Part shown: positions 60,348 through 64,000 of the stretch, one piece after another
Layout of the letters: each line of letters opens with the position of its first letter
Position numbering within the stretch: position 1 is the first letter of the stretch
Origin: a virus
IMG/VR virus record: IMGVR_UViG_3300045588_000033
Location: 27,511-91,510 of that record
Length of the DNA: 64,000 nt
Reading direction: 5' to 3' (one strand)
Notes under the pieces: generated by a model
What the model was told of the DNA's origin: nothing
Database searches by the model: none
Seen by the model: only the letters and a program-made list of their open reading frames with translations
Translations under genes and position numbers: made by a program

Positions 60348-60775
60348 TACTTTTCTTTTACAATTTCTATTAATTTCTTTAAACAAGCAAGTTCTGCTTC
60401 TTCGTAAGTATTATGTTTATCAAAATATTTAGGAATATGATAAGGAACTATTTTATTCTGTCTTGAATCATGTCTATTTTCCTCTAAAATTACATTACTT
60501 CCAAAAAATTCAAAACCTTTATTTATTACATGATGTAAATTATAATTATCCCTAAACCATCTAAAGCATTGTGTGAATGTTGGTGCAGTAAAACAATCGT
60601 TATTAAAAACTTTAACAATGTTTGAATTGTTACAAGGTTTAGATGTCCATTTTTTGTAAGTTTCTGGAGCTATCTGTAAGTCTTTTGTTTCGGCAAACCA
60701 AGCAATACAAGGTTCATCAAATCCAAGTTCTTTAAGCTCTAATGCTTCTGTGTAATCTACAAATTCTTTTTCCAT
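60347..60775 (-). CDS. Hypothetical protein
   Basis: MEKEFV..LKELGFDEPC..APT..FRWFR..TYEEAELACLKKLIE. Confidence 0.6.
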   Translation of the reverse strand: MEKEFVDYTEALELKELGFDEPCIAWFAETKDLQIAPETYKKWTSKPCNNSNIVKVFNNDCFTAPTFTQCFRWFRDNYNLHHVINKGFEFFGSNVILEENRHDSRQNKIVPYHIPKYFDKHNTYEEAELACLKKLIEIVKEK

Positions 60776-61044
60776 TACTTTTGTTTTAATTGTTCTCCTG
60801 TTAGTATAAAATACAGATTCTGTAACTGGTGTACATATCTAAATAATTCTATGTCAGGTGCTATACCTATATCATCTTCATGTCCCATAATACCAATTGA
60901 GAAGTCATCGCAATATGCCAATAAGAAGTCTTTATGCTTTAACTTATAGTCTACCCCAAAACAATCTTCTGAGTTGTATACTATTTTCTCAAATCCAAAA
61001 CTCAAGAGTAACTCTTCAGTTAAGGGAATATTTTCTTGTTCCAT
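60775..61044 (-). CDS. Hypothetical protein
   Basis: IPLTEELL..FGF..YVHQLQNLYF.LTGE. Confidence 0.6.
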   Translation of the reverse strand: MEQENIPLTEELLLSFGFEKIVYNSEDCFGVDYKLKHKDFLLAYCDDFSIGIMGHEDDIGIAPDIELFRYVHQLQNLYFILTGEQLKQK

Positions 61045-61045
61045 C

Positions 61046-61246
61046 TTATTCTGATTTAATTTTTTCGTTGTAATATTGTTCTGCTTTATTTTCTTTGCTT
61101 TTATCCCATTGGTCGGTCACAAATCCTTTATTAAAAGCATCAATTATCTGTTGCTTCTCCATTGCTTTGGCATGTTCATATTCCGATATTGTAATATTTC
61201 CCTTGTGTTCGTACATTTTATTGTACAACCATTCTATTGCTGTCAT
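61046..61246 (-). CDS. QTAVEW-family small protein
   Basis: MTAIEWL..AKAMEKQQIIDAF..AEQYYNEKIKSE; start 61246 or 61267. Confidence 0.6.
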   Translation of the reverse strand: MTAIEWLYNKMYEHKGNITISEYEHAKAMEKQQIIDAFNKGFVTDQWDKSKENKAEQYYNEKIKSE

Positions 61247-61253
61247 GTTGTCT

Positions 61254-61433
61254 TTATTCAGATTCATTTGTACAAGCTAAAACAGCCATGCCTAACACGA
61301 TACCTATAAAAGATGATATAAGCTTACTTGCAACAGTTTGGTGATCAAATCCCCCCATTATGTACATAGAACATATATGTACTGCTAAAAATGTAACTAA
61401 GAAAGCTACTATATTTTTTGTTAATCTATTCAT
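61254..61433 (-). CDS. Small two-TM membrane protein
   Basis: Start at the junction ATG 61433 (MNRLTKNIVAFLV...). Confidence 0.55.
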   Translation of the reverse strand: MNRLTKNIVAFLVTFLAVHICSMYIMGGFDHQTVASKLISSFIGIVLGMAVLACTNESE

Positions 61434-61434
61434 C

Positions 61435-61572
61435 TTATTCTGATTTAGGTGGAAAATATGTTCCACATTCATTACATAAAAACTCTTCTACTGGTTTTTC
61501 TTTTTTACTCCAATCTAAATTAGCATGAATGTTTTCACACTCACCACAATTAGGACAACATTTTGCTTCCAT
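61435..61572 (-). CDS. Small zinc-ribbon protein (45 aa, not in ORF track)
   Basis: Hand translation MEAKCCPNCGECENIHANLDWSKKEKPVEEFLCNECGTYFPPKSE; bounded by junction motifs. Confidence 0.65.
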   Translation of the reverse strand: MEAKCCPNCGECENIHANLDWSKKEKPVEEFLCNECGTYFPPKSE

Positions 61573-61573
61573 T

Positions 61574-61786
61574 TTATTCTGTTTTAAAAGTTTGTTGTTT
61601 ATCTGCTAAATATTTTTCATGACATCCTTCAATTAGAATGCATACACCTATGCCGATTCCAAAAATACAAGCATATACAATTCCTTGTTTACCTTCATCT
61701 TTATCTAATCTAAAAGATAATATAAGTCCTATACATAATCCTAACATTATTTCACTTACCAAAAATAAAAATTCATAATTTTTCAT
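61574..61786 (-). CDS. Small two-TM membrane protein
   Basis: Start at the junction ATG 61786 (MKNYEFLF...), ends TFKTE. Confidence 0.55.
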   Translation of the reverse strand: MKNYEFLFLVSEIMLGLCIGLILSFRLDKDEGKQGIVYACIFGIGIGVCILIEGCHEKYLADKQQTFKTE

Positions 61787-61787
61787 C

Positions 61788-62009
61788 TTATTCTGATTTA
61801 AAGGTTTCTTCCCAATGTGATTCAAATGTTTGCCAATTATCTTCAGCAATACCCTTACCCTCAAACCTACCTGCTTGATGTGCAGTGTTCCATGTTGTAA
61901 CTATCTGCTCCTTTTCCATTTCTTTGACTTGTTTAAATACTTCTGATAAACTAAATTCTTTATCATCGTAAATAATTTCTTCTAACCACTCTACTGCTGT
62001 TTGTTTCAT
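61788..62009 (-). CDS. QTAVEW-family small protein
   Basis: MKQTAVEWL..KEMEKEQI..ETFKSE. Confidence 0.65.
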   Translation of the reverse strand: MKQTAVEWLEEIIYDDKEFSLSEVFKQVKEMEKEQIVTTWNTAHQAGRFEGKGIAEDNWQTFESHWEETFKSE

Positions 62010-62010
62010 G

Positions 62011-62226
62011 TTACTCTGTTTTAAATGTTTCGTTATAATATTGTTCTGCTAATTTTTTATTGGTATCACTAAAAGATTGTGAATCGAATTCAGACTGCCC
62101 ATTTATATGCGAAATAATTATTTGTTGCTCAAACATTTGTTTAGATTTTTCAATAGCGTGCAAATCTTTAAGCCCAATGCTTTCTTTTAATTCATTTACT
62201 AACCATTCCACTGCTGTTTGTTCCAT
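62011..62226 (-). CDS. QTAVEW-family small protein
   Basis: MEQTAVEWL..KQMFEQQII..AEQYYNETFKTE. Confidence 0.65.
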   Translation of the reverse strand: MEQTAVEWLVNELKESIGLKDLHAIEKSKQMFEQQIIISHINGQSEFDSQSFSDTNKKLAEQYYNETFKTE

Positions 62227-62244
62227 GTTATTTTGTTTTAAAGG

Positions 62245-62631
62245 TTAGTTAGCATATTTCCATTCAAATCCACCTGCTGTACCTTTTTCTTGTTTTAAAA
62301 TAGTAGACATGTTATTTTTTGTAACTCCATTTTTTTCACAAGCGGTTATAATATTTTCATAACTACATATATAAGAGCCATTATAATATTTAGAGACAGG
62401 TTTACAAAATGATTTACTTGGAATCACAGTTACATCACCAATTCTATTAACAATTCTAGCTCCATCAGAATATCTCCTAAATTGTTTATTTATTGATGTT
62501 AAAGTATGTCCAATAATTGTACTGTTGATAGAACCTCTTGGTGCTTTTAATTGTATTTCTAATTCTCTAACTGTATTTACATCAAATACTTCTAATAAGT
62601 GACCTTCAAGGTCATACATTGCTATTTTCAT
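62245..62631 (-). CDS. NUMOD1-like DNA-binding domain protein (two repeats, no nuclease domain seen)
   Basis: IAMYDLEGHLLEVF...; KPVSKYY.G.YI..Y.NI..A...TAGGFEWKY. Confidence 0.65.
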   Translation of the reverse strand: MKIAMYDLEGHLLEVFDVNTVRELEIQLKAPRGSINSTIIGHTLTSINKQFRRYSDGARIVNRIGDVTVIPSKSFCKPVSKYYNGSYICSYENIITACEKNGVTKNNMSTILKQEKGTAGGFEWKYAN

Positions 62632-62632
62632 T

Positions 62633-62857
62633 TTATTTTGTTTTAAAGGTTAATTCTTCTGTTAAAATAGCGTTCATTTCTTTTTGTGATTCAAGTTCGG
62701 CTTCAAGTTGAATGATTCTATCAATATTAAATTCTTTGATTCTTTTTTCATACACTTGAATTTGTGCTTGTTTAGATACTATTATTCGTTTTAAAGCAAA
62801 AAATTGAATTTTCAAGCCTTCATAAGTTGCGTGGGGTTTTGCATTTTCTAATTCCAT
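62633..62857 (-). CDS. Small coiled-coil protein
   Basis: Heptad-like sequence ending LTFKTK. Confidence 0.55.
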   Translation of the reverse strand: MELENAKPHATYEGLKIQFFALKRIIVSKQAQIQVYEKRIKEFNIDRIIQLEAELESQKEMNAILTEELTFKTK

Positions 62858-62858
62858 A

Positions 62859-63077
62859 TTATTTTGATTTAAAATCCTTATTCATGTGTTTAATCAAATA
62901 AAATTCACAATTCCAATCCTTATGTTTGTTCCCATGCCACCCTGCTCTAAAATCATTTTTTCTTTGCTCATCTTCCATTTCTTTGGCTTGTTTAAACAAC
63001 TCTTTAAACTTTTGATTAGTTATTAATTGACCACCTTTGATTTCACCCGCAAACCATTCTACTGCTGTTTGTTCCAT
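62859..63077 (-). CDS. QTAVEW-family small protein
   Basis: Start at the junction ATG 63077: MEQTAVEWF..QAKEMEDEQ..DFKSK. Confidence 0.6.
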   Translation of the reverse strand: MEQTAVEWFAGEIKGGQLITNQKFKELFKQAKEMEDEQRKNDFRAGWHGNKHKDWNCEFYLIKHMNKDFKSK

Positions 63078-63078
63078 C

Positions 63079-63540
63079 TTATTTTTTATTAAATTTTTCG
63101 TTGTAGTATTGTTCTGATGTATTATATTCACCATCCATACCATCAAGATATGCTGTACGTATTATTTCCTTCTCCATTTCTTTGGCTTGTTCATATACTT
63201 TACTTATTTTATCCCATTCGCTTGGGTACAATTCAAGAATGTTATCTAATTCTTCATATAATAATTCTACTGCTGTTTGTTCCAATCCTTTCGTTTCAAT
63301 TTCTTTGCCGTTAAAACCATTATACCACCCACGCATATATTCCGAGTGATTTTGTAGTTTTTCTAATTCTAAAAGATTAATTAATTCTTGCTTAAAACTA
63401 ACCAATCCAATCTTCATTCCATGATGCCTACTCGTTGAAGTTTCATCCCTAACTTTTGATGCTTCAATTCTACACGCTTGAGCAATTTCTATTTGCTCAT
63501 CTATTTTTTCAATTGCTTTTTGTATTACTGTCTTTTCCAT
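63079..63540 (-). CDS. Fusion of a MEKTVIQ module and a QTAVEW-family module
   Basis: Internal LEQTAVELL..QAKEMEKEII..SEQYYNEKFNKK. Confidence 0.6.
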   Translation of the reverse strand: MEKTVIQKAIEKIDEQIEIAQACRIEASKVRDETSTSRHHGMKIGLVSFKQELINLLELEKLQNHSEYMRGWYNGFNGKEIETKGLEQTAVELLYEELDNILELYPSEWDKISKVYEQAKEMEKEIIRTAYLDGMDGEYNTSEQYYNEKFNKK

Positions 63541-63541
63541 C

Positions 63542-63769
63542 TTATTCTGGTTTAGCGTATTGAAGATATTGATAAAATTGATGCTGCTCCCTGGTTAAAT
63601 TTTCATTGTTCCAGTCTTTTGGTTCTACAAAATTATATTGTTTTTTCAAAAATATAATTTGTTTTTCCGAATCTTTTTGTAGTTTCTCTTTTAAAAGAAA
63701 ATACCCTACCGCCCCATAAGATACCATAAGGGCGGTAAGAATAAAATTGATTATTGTTTTATTTGACAT
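63542..63769 (-). CDS. Small single-TM protein
   Basis: Start at the junction ATG 63769 (MSNKTIINFIL...), ends AKPE. Confidence 0.55.
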   Translation of the reverse strand: MSNKTIINFILTALMVSYGAVGYFLLKEKLQKDSEKQIIFLKKQYNFVEPKDWNNENLTREQHQFYQYLQYAKPE

Positions 63770-63770
63770 A

Positions 63771-64000
63771 TTATTTCTTTTTAAATTGTTCAAACCATTG
63801 CTTTGTTGTATCTCCTAAATTAGAAGTTTTATTAGAAGATAAATCATATCTATATTGTTGTAAAAATTTTATAACTTCTTCCTCACTATACATTTTTTCT
63901 TGTTGGTATTTAGCGCCTTGAATAAAAATCTGTCTGTCGTCTTCATTAGAATCTTCCATTGGATTGTAAGAGTCATTAATAAGCCTTGGATACAACCTCA
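63771..64000 (-). CDS. Partial small hypothetical protein
   Basis: GAKYQQEKMYSEEEV..WFEQFKKK; frame probably runs off the window end. Confidence 0.5.
   Translation of the reverse strand, partial: RLYPRLINDSYNPMEDSNEDDRQIFIQGAKYQQEKMYSEEEVIKFLQQYRYDLSSNKTSNLGDTTKQWFEQFKKK

Larger units (their letters stand above)
61042..63788 (-). repeat. Dispersed ~20-bp gene-junction repeat TTTAAAWCARAATAANATG (11 copies)
   Basis: Copies whose ATG lies at + coordinates starting 61042, 61431, 61570, 61784, 62007, 62224, 62629, 62855, 63075, 63538 and 63767; TAAATCAGAATAAGATG occurs exactly three times. Confidence 0.85.

Noticed and set aside
61042-63788. CRISPR array or classical integron attC sites
   Set aside because: Spacing is 140-460 bp and filled by whole ORFs; the repeats are degenerate, non-palindromic and lack attC inverted-core hairpins; no cas or intI gene is present
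1-64000. Stop-codon reassignment (TAG or TGA) as in some crAss-like phages
   Set aside because: Genes are long and densely packed under code 11, TAG and TGA are used as real stops, and the two split genes are explained by introns
1-64000. tRNA or rRNA genes
   Set aside because: No intergenic space with cloverleaf or T-loop signatures was recognised by eye; tRNAscan-SE would settle it

Overview
This is an AT-rich segment of a crAss-like (Crassvirales-type) phage genome, read in the standard code 11. The host is most likely a Bacteroidota/Flavobacteriia bacterium, judged from TAnnTTTG promoter boxes and A-rich starts with no Shine-Dalgarno. The + strand (1-39.2 kb) is the late/virion arm: tail-fibre-like genes, a u-spanin/holin/endolysin cassette, tail ring, IHF-like and muzzle genes, and ejected cargo proteins. 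The cargo proteins include a GH73-bearing polyprotein-like protein and a 3067-aa virion RNA polymerase (DFDID motif), with a ferritin-like gene inserted among them. The - strand (39.3-64 kb) is the early/middle arm: UDG-like, PD-(D/E)XK exonuclease, RusA-like, MoxR ATPase plus vWA/metallopeptidase, primase, Sak4-like ATPase, DnaB, SF2 helicase and PolA. PolA and the MoxR ATPase are each split by a group I intron carrying a homing endonuclease. The most striking unexplained structure is at about 60.3-64 kb: an array of small, partly unrelated genes all joined by one conserved ~20-bp junction (consensus TTTAAAWCARAATAANATG). It looks like a gene-cassette array, and one cassette is flanked by a perfect 20-bp direct repeat. 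Protein calls come from motif recognition and synteny only; no searches were run.
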